A DNA stretch of 64,000 nucleotides from Antechinus flavipes (Eukaryota). Each line of letters opens with the position of its first letter. Within the stretch, counting starts at the first letter, position 1. Where the stretch lies: positions 215,078,001-215,142,000 of the forward strand of contig NC_067402.1 in the NCBI RefSeq assembly GCF_016432865.1, in the 5' to 3' direction. Position numbers and translations under genes: made by a program. Of this stretch, positions 27,180 through 39,995 are shown in pieces. Below the pieces are notes generated by a model. That model ran no database searches. It was not told where the DNA came from and worked only from the letters and a program-made list of their open reading frames with translations.

Positions 27180-27303
27180 CTTTTGAGACAGTTGGGATTA
27201 AATGACTTTTCCAGGGTCACATAGCTATTAAGTGCTTAAGTGTTAAGTGTCTAAGGCTGGATTTGAACTCAGGTCCTCCTGACTCCATAGTACTCTATCC
27301 ATT
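27180..27303 (-). mobile_element. WSINE1-type CORE-SINE
   Basis: Antisense ccagggtcacatagct...gatttgaactcaggtcctcctgactcc, with a small ttaagtg triplication. Confidence 0.75.
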
Positions 27304-27640
27304 ACATGGGACTTTTTAAATAGATTAAATAGGCTAACTTTCATTTTAGCCTAAGTTCAACATTTAATCTAATAAATAAAAGACATGTTCTATTTCTCTT
27401 TTGAAAAATCCTAAAATTTTAACATGTGGTAAAAGTATGATAATTTCCAGAAATAAGCTTAAATGTACAACTTAATTTTATCTGCACTATAAATCATAAA
27501 ATGTTTTTTTCCAAGTCAAAAAAAGAAATCAGGTCAAACCACAAGGAAAAGAGGTAGCTGGCAGATATATAAAAATATGATACAAAATAGCAGTCCTTCT
27601 CTCATTGCTAATGTGCTTCCTTTGTTAAATAGCATCTAAC

Positions 27641-27822
27641 NNNNNNNNNNNNNNNNNNNNNNNNNNNNNNNNNNNNNNNNNNNNNNNNNNNNNNNNNNNN
27701 NNNNNNNNNNNNNNNNNNNNNNNNNNNNNNNNNNNNNNNNNNNNNNNNNNNNNNNNNNNNNNNNNNNNNNNNNNNNNNNNNNNNNNNNNNNNNNNNNNNN
27801 NNNNNNNNNNNNNNNNNNNNNN
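27641..27822. other. Assembly gap (182 N)
   Basis: N run. Confidence 1.
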
Positions 27823-27864
27823 TGAAATGCTAAGGTTTATTCTTGGTTTCTTCAGGAAGGGAAA

Positions 27865-28340
27865 GGAAGAGAACATTTATGTGCCAAATATGGTAAGCCC
27901 TGTACTAAAATAATCTCATTTGATTCTTATAAAAGCCCTATGAAGTAGAGGCCAGTATTATCCCATTTTATTGTTGAGGAAACTGAAGCAGACAGAAGTT
28001 GTGACTTCTGCATACATTAAGAAGGGTCTGAAGCCAAATTTAAACTCAGGTTTTCCTGACTGTAGCCCCTTTTATTGGTCAATCACTTAAGTAATGTCTG
28101 ATTCTTTGAGATCCAATTTAAAGTTTTATTGGCATTCATACTGGAGGGATTTGCCATTTCCTTCTCTAGCTCATTTGACAGATGAGGAAATTGAAATAAA
28201 AACCGAGTAAGTGAATTGCCCAGAGTCACATAGCTATCAAGTACCAGAGACTGAGTTTGAACTCAGTTGTTGCTGACTCCAGACTCAGCACTCTCTCTTC
28301 CACAACTTGTCTGCTAACTATACCACCTTACTGCCTCTAC
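27865..28340 (-). mobile_element. MIR plus MAR1-type SINE (antisense)
   Basis: atctcatttgattcttata...gaggaaactgaagca; gatttgccatttccttctctagctcattt. Confidence 0.65.
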
Positions 28341-29198
28341 AGTAATGGGTTATACAGTAGCAAACATAATGAGTTACATGTAACTCATACATATACATAT
28401 GTACATATATTTTAAAGCAAATTTCTTATTTTGGAGTGAGGATAAAAGGAAACAAGAACAGGAAATGTTGGTAATGTGGCAATTACATAATGAAAAATAC
28501 AAAGATATGCTAATTCATTCCTTGAAATTCTCAAATATAAAATCTCTCTCCCATTTTTCCATGAAAAATTTCTTTTCCTACAACTTTGGTATTACTGATG
28601 GTAGAAACCGAGGGAGAGGGTAGGGTATGGCAATTATTGAATGCATCTTAACTTGATTATCTCTTTAGCACAAGGAATTCTAGTAAACTGAGAAGAGGAG
28701 GGTGTGGACCAGAACAGGAGATATACTACAAAGATAACTGACTTTGAAAAAGAGCAAGGCTTCAAGATACAGGTAATTCCCGACTTTCTAGTTGGGGGCC
28801 TCTGTCCTAGGACTCAAGTCTCATAGACACTTCTGATTTCATAAACCTCCATAAAAAATAAGGAATCAACAGATTTTTATTACAGAGATGTAATATATAT
28901 ATATATTAATATATATATATGTATTTATAATATAAAATAGATGTAATAAAAATAATTTTATTACAGGTGGAGTATTATGGAGATTGTCTGGTCTTACAAA
29001 GGAGCCTCTAGAGGAGGGGAGAAAGGGGACAACTTTTCCTATTTTGCATTTCTAATAATTCAACTAATGTTTTATCCTTTGAGATCTGTGCTTCTGTCCA
29101 ACACTAAGGATGATACAACTATTTTTCCTCAATAGACTTTTTAATAGAGACTGGAGGGATGTACATCTGTACCTTTGGTTTAAAAATAATCTTTCATA

Positions 29199-29439
29199 GA
29201 ATTTGATCTCCTCAGTGGTTCAGTGATCCAAGGCAATCCTAATAGACTCTAGACAGAAAATGCCATTTGCATCCAGAAAAAGAAGCATGGAGATTGAATG
29301 TAAATCAACACATGCTATGTTCACTTTTTTCTGTTTTTTTTTTTTCCCCTCTCCTTTGGTTTTTCTCTTTTGTTCTGATTTTTCTCTCCCAACTTGATTC
29401 ATGAAGCAATGCATATTAAAAATAAATTAATTAACTTTA
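29199..29439 (+). mobile_element. 5'-truncated L1 3' UTR
   Basis: 17-bp TSD AAAAATAATCTTTCATA at 29182-29198 and 29440-29456, with a canonical TT|AAAA endonuclease site. Confidence 0.85.
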
Positions 29440-29699
29440 AAAAATAATCTTTCATAAACAAATCCTCAAGGAAAATGAAAACAGTGTTCTTGATTTAGGC
29501 TCCAATCAGATAATTGGGAGGAGGACTTGAAATAGCCTTAGAGTAGTAGGACCAAGCTTTCTCCTATTTAATTTTCATCATAGACAAACCAAATATTATT
29601 GTTGCTATTATTGTTAAAGAATAGTAATAATAGCTTATATTTCTAAAACACCTTAAATTTTACAAACCACATGTCCCCTATCTACCCTCCTTTAACTTA

Positions 29700-29875
29700 G
29701 AGGTACATGATAATGTGTGTTAAAAATTTACATGATAACATTGTTGTATATTTGTAGGGAATAGCAAGTTGGAATAGGTAGATTTGTAGTGTCATGAGCA
29801 ATCATCTTTTTTATTGTACTATGTTATGGAAAATTTTGTTTAATTCCATGAATGAAAAATAAAATTTAAAAAAAG
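29700..29875 (+). mobile_element. L1 3' UTR fragment
   Basis: tgaaagaatagcaagttg-like motif, ttttttattgtactatgttatggaaa, aaaaataaaattt tail. Confidence 0.55.
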
Positions 29876-31773
29876 AACCTGTTATCAACAAAGTACAATG
29901 TTGAATGTCTGGAACATATTTAGTGTTTATTAGTTATAGATTTGAATTGAATTGTTGGAAGGGATACAAAGTTTAGCTAAAATGTAATTCTTGCCCTTAT
30001 AGTGATTTAATTCAAGTAAGAAAAAAAAAGACTGATATAGATATCTATGATAGAGAATTACATGGTAAGTGACTTAGAATGTGACTAGACAAAACAAAAC
30101 AAAACATCAATAGCAACTACAAAAACAATTGTTATAGAGTGAAGTGTGTGAGGTCTAAGGGGAAGATTATTTCTGTCCAGAGGCATTAGAGAAGTCTTTA
30201 CTTTAAAGGATGAATAGGGATTCAAGAACAGAAGAGATATGACATTTTAAGCACAGGATGGTTCCCCAGAAAATGCACAGATTTGGGACAGTGCAATGTG
30301 TACTCTGAGTAAAGAGCAATTAATTCATAATATGTGGTTCATAGTGTGTGTGGGAATAATATAAGAATGCCTTATGTTAGCAAGGGAATTATAAATGACG
30401 GGTGAAAAATTTATTCTATGGTTCAAAATAAAGTGGTCAAATATTTAAAGGACAAGAGCCTTTCATCTTCTTACCATTTTATTTTAAAAACCAGAGGCAA
30501 GCTTCCCAGAACAATAAAAGCCAGGGCCCTATACCTATCTCAGAATTTAGTTTCCTCATTTGCAAAAGTAATTATGATGACTTCTACTTCATAAGGTTAT
30601 TGTCAGGATCATATGAAATAACCTGTGTAAAGTGCTTTGAAAAGTGTTTATATATAAATGCCTATCATAATTATCACCACCACCACTATCATCCTCATCA
30701 ATAATAAAATAAAACTAATTCCTTTAACATAAAATTAACTTTAGAATGCTACCTTAAATTTAAAGGCTATGGAAGCTTTTATCACATAAATGAAGTATAA
30801 ATTTGTTGGAATGGACTGTGGTGATCAGATCTTTTTTTTTTTTTTTTTAAGCAAAACATCACAAAAAATAATTAGTTCAAAAATAATTTTCCTCAATAGT
30901 AACTATGCCTATTACATCATAAGCCACTATAGATTAAATGAAATTGTTACATGGAGATAACATTTAAAAGATCCATTTCTTTATAGGGAAAAGCAGGCTA
31001 ATCAATTATTCAAATTATATGCAAAATATTAATGATAAAATAGAGAATTGAAGACAATATTTAGCAGAATCCTGAATAGATCATCCCGAGTTTTTGTTTA
31101 AAATAATTTGAGTATAAACAAAAAAAATTTAAATTGGAAATAAAGTCTGAAAGTTGAAATAAAATCTGAAAACTTTGAAAAATGAGAAAATTTGCAATAA
31201 TCAGATTTAAAGATTGTGTTTCTAATCAAATGAACTTGAGATATGACCTATTCAGGAGCAGAAAACTTTTTAAAATGCTCTATGTTCTCATCTCTTTTTA
31301 TGCTATTTAGAGGAAAGGGGTGCTAATAATTGCATTCAAACTGTGCATAGGTTGGAAGAGAAACTCTGAATATCACCTCCATTATAAGGTCTTTCATCAT
31401 TCCACATGTCCTTCTCTATCTCAAAAGTATTTTTAATGACTTTGCACACTTATATTTCCCTAAATAAAAACTGTATCTTCTAGTAGATTAATAGCTCTTT
31501 GAGGGAGTGTCATTTTATCTATGCGTTCCCAGTGTCTGGTACAGAGTTTTACGAATAATGGGTACTTAATATTTATTGAGTTGAAATCAATTAAAATGAA
31601 CATAATTTTTAACCTCATAGACAGGATTATCTGCATCCTGGGGCAGAAGGTAACAGTTAATCCTTACTTGAGTTTAAAACTATCTAATATTCAAACATAT
31701 CCTATAAATATTAGTTCAGGTGTAAGAAAGCAGCTTAGAACTATCTTTTTTTTTTTCCTTAATCACCTTCCTT

Positions 31774-32545
31774 GAGAGGATTCTGGGAAAATAGCAGAGT
31801 AGGTTAAACAATTTCAAGCTCTCTAGATTTTCACCACAAACAAACACAACATTTTTCACATTTTACACAACTATCAAATAAAGATCAACAGTTAAATTTA
31901 TTATTTATTAAGATATTACTTATCTTAATAAATAAATACATAATTTATTAAGAGAAAAGCAGAGATAGTAATTATGATCTCAGACAAAGTTAAAGCTAAA
32001 ATAGATTTAATCAAGAGAAAAAAATAGAAAAATCATATCAAATGTCAGCCATATAGTGTTTTAGACTAAAATAATTAGACAATATAAGATTGTAATATTA
32101 CTGTGATATAAGAAATGATGAGTTGATGGATTTAGAAGATGTTATACACTTTCAGAGAAATAGAGGATGAAGAAATATAGTACTGACTTACATAGAAATA
32201 CATGAATATATATGTGTATGATTATAGATATCTATGTATATATACACATACAAATTATACACACACATGCATATCTATACTTAATTGTAGTCTTCTTGAG
32301 GATTGGGGAAGAAAGAAAAGGAAAAAAGAACAAAGGAAAAAGTGTACAACAGAGAATAAAAAATAACTACCAAGAAGCAAAGAAAAGATGGATAGCTCTA
32401 ACCATATTATGTAGTATTTATTACATAAGCTTTCCTGAAATGGAATTATTGCTTTTATATGTTGAATCCTCTCTTAAGTTTTGCTGTGAATATAAGATTT
32501 TTTCTTTTCTTATTTTGTATTTAAGTTTAAAATAAATTAATTTTT
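31774..32545 (+). mobile_element. Internally deleted L1 (5' UTR start + endonuclease fragment + 3' UTR)
   Basis: 5' start gaggattctgggaaaatagcagagtagg; 31955-32040 encodes KAEIVIMISDKVKAKIDLIKR (L1 EN); 32085-32545 is L1 3' UTR. Confidence 0.65.
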
Positions 32546-34019
32546 TAAATCTCACATAATTAGCAATATTGATATTCATTGCTTACATTGCTTTCCTCCA
32601 AACTTCTTGCCATTTCAGTTATATCTGAGTGAAAAGCACAATCTCACTCTGCTAGTTAGCTATTTCCAAACAAGTCATTACTTTTGAATAATAACTATTA
32701 TTATGTTTGAAGTTGATTTTTAAAATGAAAAATGGAAGAAAGTAGGGAAAGAAGAAAGTAGGAAAAGAAGAAAAAATGGAAATAGGGAAGGAGGGAAGAA
32801 AAATGGAAAGAGAAAGGAAGGCAAAATATAAATGACAAGGGATTTTGCTGAATCTAGAAAACTGAATAAATGGTTAGGCCTTTGCAACAAATCCTGAGTC
32901 TGATAGGGTTAGTTTGGTCCAGTGTAATTTCTATTGCCTGCTGAGACCATACTAGGCACAATATGGCCATTTTTGTCAACTCGCTAAAAAGAAAGATGTT
33001 AGGGTTTGAACAGAGCCAAATAAGCTGTCAACATTCCAAAAATAAATTACAACAATAACCACATGTAGGAGGTAGTTCAGGGAGAAAACAACCGAAGTGT
33101 CTAAAAGGCTAAAGGAGGGATTGATGAGGTAAGGTTAAGAGAACAAAGAATAAGTAATGTGGCCAAACAATACCAATGAGAGCAATAGAATAACTGAGCA
33201 CATTTTTTAATAGTGCAGAATAGCATAAAAAGAATGAAAATGTTTAAATAATCCAGAAAGGCTAAAAAAGATATTATGCAGAAAGGTATATCAGTCATGT
33301 ACTTTGAATCTTCTACTTTAGGAACCCTTTCAAAAAAAAAAAAAAAAGGTCTGAAGTTAGAATGGTATGACTTGTTCTTGAGAAAGCCATACTGGCTTTT
33401 TTTGTAATCAATGTTTTCTTTTTATAGTTGTTTATTAACCAACTCTATAAATATCCGTTCCAGAATCTCCTCATGTTTGAAATAAATCTATAATTTGAAA
33501 ATTTTGTTCTTTTCCCATTTTTTCCTACTCTAGTTCTATATTGGTTTTCTTATATTCCATAATATTTCAATGATTATTGACAGTACATCAATTATCCACC
33601 AATTCATCCAATTCAATTATCAATTTATTATCACACATCAGTATATCCAAATTCTGGTCTTTTTCCTGAACTTCAGACCTGCACCACCAATCGCCTTATG
33701 GACATCTCAAACCACATGTCTGGTAGGCAATTCAAACTCAAAACTCATTTGCTTTTCCTCCAACTCTCCCCTCTTTTGAACTTATCTTGAAGGTATCACC
33801 TTCATTCTTCCAGTCACCCAGACTCTCAACTTTGGTGTCATCTTCTTAATTTTTACTCAAATTCACCTTATATAACCAATTATTTGCCAAATTTTGTTAT
33901 TCCTACTTTCGCAGAATCTCTTTTATGTATCTCCCTCCTTCCACTCACACGGCCATCAATCTAGTTTAGTTTCTCTCTGTCACTCACATGGACTATTATA
34001 ATAGGCTTTTAATTGGTCT

Positions 34020-34658
34020 TATTGGGACAATACCCAATTTGACTACCCAAATTGACTAATACAGAGATCACTCATAGAAAGCAGAATTATTAGAATCTCC
34101 AGAAGTGGACCCCATCCTGGTCTGTGAGCCAAATTCACAGCAGGAGAGCCACTCCCTTGAAAATGTTCACAGCTTTTACACATTTCAGACAAAGAATCTC
34201 CAAAATCCCACCCCCTATTCAGGGGTCCTCAAACTTTTAAAATAGGGGGCCAGTTCACTGTCCCTCAGACTTTTGGAGGGCCAGACTATAGTAAAAACAA
34301 AAACTTTGTTTTGTGGGCCTTTAAATAAAGAAACTTCATAGCCCTGGGTGAGGGGGATAAACATCCTCAGCTGCTGCATCTGGCCTGAGGGTAATAGTTT
34401 GAGGACCCCTGCAGTATGTTGTGATTGGTCTATATGTGTGTTGGAATAAATCTTTATTCCCCTATTTGGTCAGTGGAATGCAGTAGACAAGGTGATATAC
34501 AGCTTCTTTAGGCCATATAATCTCTTCTTTGGACAATGGAATGCAGTCCAGGACTTATCTAAAAATCACATGACTGGGGCCTATAGGCTTGATCTACTTT
34601 AGCTAACAGTCTCTGATCAATATGGGCTTAATCTGTAAATTCTTCACCTATGCACACA
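34020..34658 (-). mobile_element. Solo LTR (ERV1-like), interrupted by hAT copy 1 and inserted in an L2
   Basis: Minus strand starts TGTG and ends cccaata (likely from ..AACA). 4-bp TSD GTCT at 34016-34019 and 34659-34662. AATAAA on the minus strand near 34455. L2 sequence is continuous once it is removed. Confidence 0.55.
34220..34411 (+). mobile_element. Non-autonomous hAT DNA transposon (OC1/OposCharlie-like MITE), copy 1
   Basis: Perfect 16-bp TIRs CAGGGGTCCTCAAACT / AGTTTGAGGACCCCTG, 192 bp, about 90% identical to copy 2. No recognisable 8-bp TSD. Confidence 0.88.
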
Positions 34659-34949
34659 GTCTCCATGCTTCTTATCTCTTTTTACTCTAAAACATTCTTC
34701 ATACAGCCACGAAAGTCATTTTTCCAAGGTATAGTTCTTGTCAATTAGCCTTCCTGCTCAACAGACTCTAGTGATTAGATTCTATTACATTTATGAACTA
34801 CAAAAGCCCCTCTAGCATCTACAATTCTTCTCAGCATTGCCTCTTCCTATCTTTCTAGCCCTCTCACAATTATTCCATTCCATATACTGAACTTTATGGT
34901 CTAGTGATACTGACCGATTTGTTATTCCTCTTACATAGCACTATATCTC

Positions 34950-35905
34950 CTTCACTTCCCATTCCTACATGCAACAGAGAGCAAGCCAATGATCCCAGCC
35001 CTTCTGAATATAGCAAGAGTATTACTAACGTAATTACCCACGTGTAAGAGCTTGGGAAACTCACTTATAGGAGAGTTATAATGGATATAATGGGATTGCC
35101 TTAGAGAGACTTTGGAGCATTTATAGGCATTCTACAATTGGTTTTGATCTGTTATTCTATAATTGGATTATCATAGACAAAGCCTCTTTAATTGATTGAA
35201 GTTGTGGAACTGGGAATATGGAGTGAAGGTGCCCTCAAAAGTCTGATTAATCTAGAATTTTTCTTATCTTGCTTGTACCTCTTCTTTTGACTCTGGTGAG
35301 AGAATTATGTAAGGCAACATCAGTAGGTGATCCCACAAATTTGTTCTTTAAGTAAAGTTGGAAACTTTGATATAGTGAATTTGAAAAGGTTTGAAGAGTA
35401 AGTAATCTGGGAGTATTAAGTAGTTGAGTTCACACTGGGTTTTTAGCCAGGCTTTAGCATAAATGCCCCAATAACACATCTACATTCCTTTGGAATTCAA
35501 GCTAAGTGTAATTGAGATGAGGTCAGTGATGTTTCAATTGTATATTAACACAATAGGATCAATTATAGGTAGATAAGTCATTGAGTCTGAACCTACTCTT
35601 CCCAGAGATCAATTCGATATAGCAGAAATTGTGCCCCAAGGTTAATGAGTTTGTCCCATTGTTTTCAAGATAAGCTTCAAAGTAAATACCCTTTCTAAAA
35701 GCAAACTGGTGTTAACTGTTTAAATAGAAGTGATGCAATAAGTCACTTTTGATTAATAGTGAAGGATCATTTGGAATGTTGGATCAAACCAAAGACATTT
35801 GAGAAAATCCCATCCTTTTAGAAGTAACCCTCAAAATCTGAGGGGAAGATTTACTCAGCCTTGTTCCAGGAAAATGAGGCCTAAGAGATAATGGCTATAT
35901 CATTC
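34950..35905 (-). mobile_element. Highly degenerate L1-clade ORF2 (post-RT) fragment inserted in L2
   Basis: Minus frame gives SLGRVGSDSMTYLP (35608-35567), matching the spacing of the L1 GRINIVKMAILP motif, followed by ...CYWG...ILPDYLL. Many stops and frameshifts. Confidence 0.35.
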
Positions 35906-37017
35906 TTTTTGCAGGCTGTCTTCCATTCCTGAAATCCTCTGTTTCCTTATCTCTGTCTCCTGATTTTCTTGTTTTCCTTCAGGAATCAGCTCAAAGTTTT
36001 TGTTCTACACTAAGCCTTTCTGGTTCATATAGCACTTATATCTTTTTCTGTAAAATTATGTTTCTTATACACTGCATGAATCTATTTTAATCCTATTTAT
36101 CTATATGTTGTCTCCTATTTGTATTTATAATCTTTAAGAGCAGGAACTGTTCTGTGGTTGGTTGTTCTTATTGTTTTGTTTTGGATTATTTTTGTCTTTC
36201 TTTTTTATCCCCACTGCTTAGCAAAATGCCTACATAGTACAAGGCTTAATAAATGTAAATTGATTGAAGATTGAGTTCATATGAGCCAAGTCGCTTGACC
36301 TCATCAAAAACATCTACCTAAGACACTGTCTTACTTATCCATCCATCAGTAAATCAGGTAATATCAGAGACCTTTACATTTGGCTTGTAATTGAATACTT
36401 CATCTTCACCTAGAACAGTGACCCTCTAGATTTGATCTCCAGAGACCATGCCCTTCCCCAACATTTAATCCACTAGACAAATCAGTTTGAGCTGGAATTG
36501 AGTTATGCTGCCTGAGTATATATAAATTCACTAAGCTCATTAGACCTAAATATTCCCTAACCATGTTTCATATTCCATTCAGCCATCTAACAGGAAACCC
36601 AAGTACCTTGATAAATGTACTGCCACTTAATTGCCTCCTTCTCCACTTTCCACCTCTCTTTTGAGGAAAAGTAATCAAAGTTAACATCACTACTGGAGAA
36701 GGTGAGACTGTAACAAATTCTGGGACTCCTCAGACTAAAACTACCTTCTCTAGATACCTAGTATGATAGTCTTCCCCATTAGAATACAATTGATGTTCAG
36801 CTAAGGTTTGCTTCATTTTTTGTATTTCTATTCTCAGTGTCTAAACTCCATGCCTAGCACATGTCAAACATGTAAATACTTTTCTTCCTAATAATTATGA
36901 GACTGTAGAAGAATCTCTGAAATATAAAAATGTCATATATCTTTAAAGGAAATGTAGAAACTGAATACAAGAATATGAACCTGTGGGAAGATGGTACTAC
37001 GTAGTTTTAAAAGTTTG

Positions 37018-37146
37018 GGGGACAGCTAGTTGGTATAGTGGATAGAGCACCAGCCCTGAAGTCAGGAGGACCCAAGTTCAAATGTGGCCTCAGACACTTA
37101 CTGTGTGACTCTAAGCAAATCATTTAACCCTAATTGCCTCAGGGAA
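37018..37146 (+). mobile_element. WSINE1-type CORE-SINE
   Basis: Full head to ..ccctaattgcctcaggg. 9-bp TSD AAAAGTTTG at 37009-37017 and 37147-37155, at a TT|AAAA site. Confidence 0.88.
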
Positions 37147-39744
37147 AAAAGTTTGACTTTTTTTTCTAATAAAATTATATTTTACACATATACATATGCA
37201 TATATGCATAAATATATTAGAATATCATTATAGCTTTTTAATGATCAGTAAGTAATTAATGAACAGTAACTACAAAATTACAAAAAAAAATCAGCTGTAT
37301 GCAGTGTGCCCCCCAAATCTTAGTTTTAATCTATTAAAGTTTGAAAAGTTGAATATGTGTAGTACAAGATCAAATATGTGACTCCATCTGTGGGTCTAAG
37401 GTAGAATGAAGATATAAATTCTACAAGGTACAGAGAGATTGATGAACTAGTAAGAAAAGGAACATCAATATGTAATCTGAAGTCCTTCAATACAGTGAAA
37501 GAACTTAAGAGTAGAGAGGAAGATGGTAAACCAGATATTGCACTTCTTGAGAAAAGAAGGAAAATGAATCCATTGAAAGCACCTAATTTACTCTCCCCTT
37601 CTATTAGGAAACTAGATGTTTCTTGGAGGTTAGTCAGTTACAGCCTCTAGGATCTAGTTAATGTGCTAAATTGGAATGGAAACTTGCTTCCTTCTATCCA
37701 TAAAAATAAAACTTCAATCCATGAATCTCTTTGGAAGACAGTAAGTCAATTGAGGCAGGAAATGATTTAAATAAATGAGAAGGCATTTTCACAAAAGAAA
37801 ATGGCACACTTGTCAAACTCCCTGTCATTGCTAAATGTTAGCCATATGTAGTCTTTTTTCAATACCTCCAACTTTGAAAGAAAATACTTCTAAAATGCCA
37901 AGCACATTTTCTCAGCTTAAAGTATATTTGGATGTAATTTTTCTGACTGCCATTTATTAATCAGTCACCAATGCTTTATATAATTAAGTCCTCTATAAAC
38001 TCACAGCTTAATTCATGAAAAGTTAGACATATTGCATGGTGTAGCTTGGCAAATATCTCATATATGCTCTTCACTTAGTATGCAAGAAACTTTATTTTCT
38101 TAGCTGTTTTATTTCATAAAACATAACATATGTTTACTTATTTGAATGAACTGCAAAATAATTAATCAAGTTAGAGAGTTCAGTTAAAATGACTTATTCA
38201 CTCATAGCCAATCAGCAGACTTCACATTAACTTTAATTAGAAAATTGAGTTTAGGAGTTTTCAACAATGATTTTGATACTGATGTATGACTGGGTAAACA
38301 CTTATATGTTATTTTCTTATACATATGTGCTCCTGTAAACTAATACTGTACATATGATGAAAAGCTTATCTTTCAGGTAAGACATCAGATATGTTCTTTG
38401 GCTAAGGTGAGAGGTGAAACACAACACTATTTTACTGCATTACCATACTCTCTATTCCACTGTAAACTAATCCTCTCTGTTAGAAAGATCTAGGAGAAAG
38501 CTGTATTCTAGTGAGACTTAAACACAGCTCACTCTTCTGCATTTCAAGGCCTCTAGAGTCCCTTCTTTAATATTATTAAGTTTATTTAGAACAAAAATTT
38601 GAATTCTCACCAAGGTGAGGTGGCACTATAAATCAGTGATTCTCAAGCAACTTTATTAAAGATTCCCTGAGATTAAAGATCTCCATGTGAGCTTCTAAAG
38701 ATATATATATATATGTAATTACTTAGGAATAAGGAAAATGGAATTGTTATATTAGCATGAAATAAGAACAGGAAAAACAGTTGTCAAAAAGGGAAAGTAG
38801 CAGGAAAAACAATGAGATGCAAATAATGAAACAGGAGATGAAAACAAATGAATATGGTTTCAATATATTTTAGTAACAACTGGTCTCCAGAAAGAATGTT
38901 CCCTACTTGTTGTGCAATTCATGATCTTCACTGAGTCGTATGAGGCAATTCTTTTCCCGGTGAAACTTCCCACATTGCACAATTTGTGCTGACGTATGAA
39001 TGTACAAGCTTTATAAATCAATATGCATTCAAACAAAACTAAACACCCACTGTCTAGAATGCTCTGCCTACTTGACAGGGTCACAAATAATAAGATTTCT
39101 TAACTCACTATATGCTTCAAAGAGAGACAGGCGATGCAATATGAGGAAAGAAAGTCATTTTTGACTAGGAAGATAAAATAAGTTTTTTGTGAAAGATCTT
39201 GGCATCTCATTTAGATCTTGAATTATAGGAAAGACATCTATAGATGAGAAGTACATGAAGGAGAATGTTCCATATAATATGTTAATAAAGACAGCGACAT
39301 AGAATATAGTAGATAAATTCATTGAACAATTACATCATCTTTAAGTTTTTTATAGCCTAATTTGGTGTTTTTCTATTTATATCTTAAATCACCTTTTGGG
39401 ATAATGAATTCACCCACTTTCTGTCATGTATGTAAAGAACAATTACCTTTTATTTGTTCGAAATTCACCTTTTTTTCAAAGTTTCAATGTTTTGATTGTT
39501 GTGCTGCCTCCTGCTATGACTACTTTCCCTTTTCTAGGATATTTAAGAAAGAGTTCTATGATTCCATGATCAATACCCTTCATGCCTTAATGGATTTTGA
39601 CTACAATTATTGTGACTTCTGTTCCCATAACCTACTTGATTGTAAAAGTTGTCCTTCCCTGGACATTCTGCAGCACCATTCTGTTTGAGATATACTATCA
39701 GTCTTGTATGTGAACTGTGACAGCACTTGTTTATTCGGTTGGGG

Positions 39745-39995
39745 TAGGTAGGTGATGCAGTGAATAGAACAAAGGTTGTGAAATCACAAAGATGTGAGTG
39801 CAAATGCATCCTCACATACTTAGTAGTTGTATTATTCTGAGTAAATTACTTATCTTTTGTCTAACTCAATTTCTTTATCTATTGAAAAAAATAAGAATGA
39901 TAATAGCACATTCTTTTTAGATTACTGTGAAGAGCAAAGGAGAAATTACAAAATGCTTTGCAAACCTTAAAACACTATATAAATAATATTATTGT
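39745..39995 (+). mobile_element. MIR
   Basis: gtaggtgatgcagtgaatag...tgcaaaccttaaaacactatataaat. Confidence 0.6.

Larger units (their letters stand above)
33640..36270 (+). mobile_element. L2 LINE 3' region, fragmented by the LTR, hAT and L1-like insertions
   Basis: L2-type pyrimidine-rich body (tctcaaaccacatgtc, gactattataataggc, ttgcaggctgtc) and 3' end cacatagtac..cttaataaatg..ttgattga. Confidence 0.6.

Noticed and set aside
15460-27876. ORFs containing X runs
   Set aside because: Artefacts of translating through assembly gaps.
33101-33298. Hydrophobic 65-aa ORF resembling a membrane peptide
   Set aside because: AT-rich codon bias; neighbouring sequence looks like degenerate CR1/L3-type LINE (YCLLRPY..KKD; cttgttcttgagaaagccatactggct).
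35250-35880. Possible endogenous viral element (furin-like RVKRR; faint resemblance to a filovirus L N-terminus) in one minus frame
   Set aside because: Seven stops in ~210 codons, no fusion peptide or ISU motif after RVKRR, and a different frame fits an L1 ORF2 motif better.
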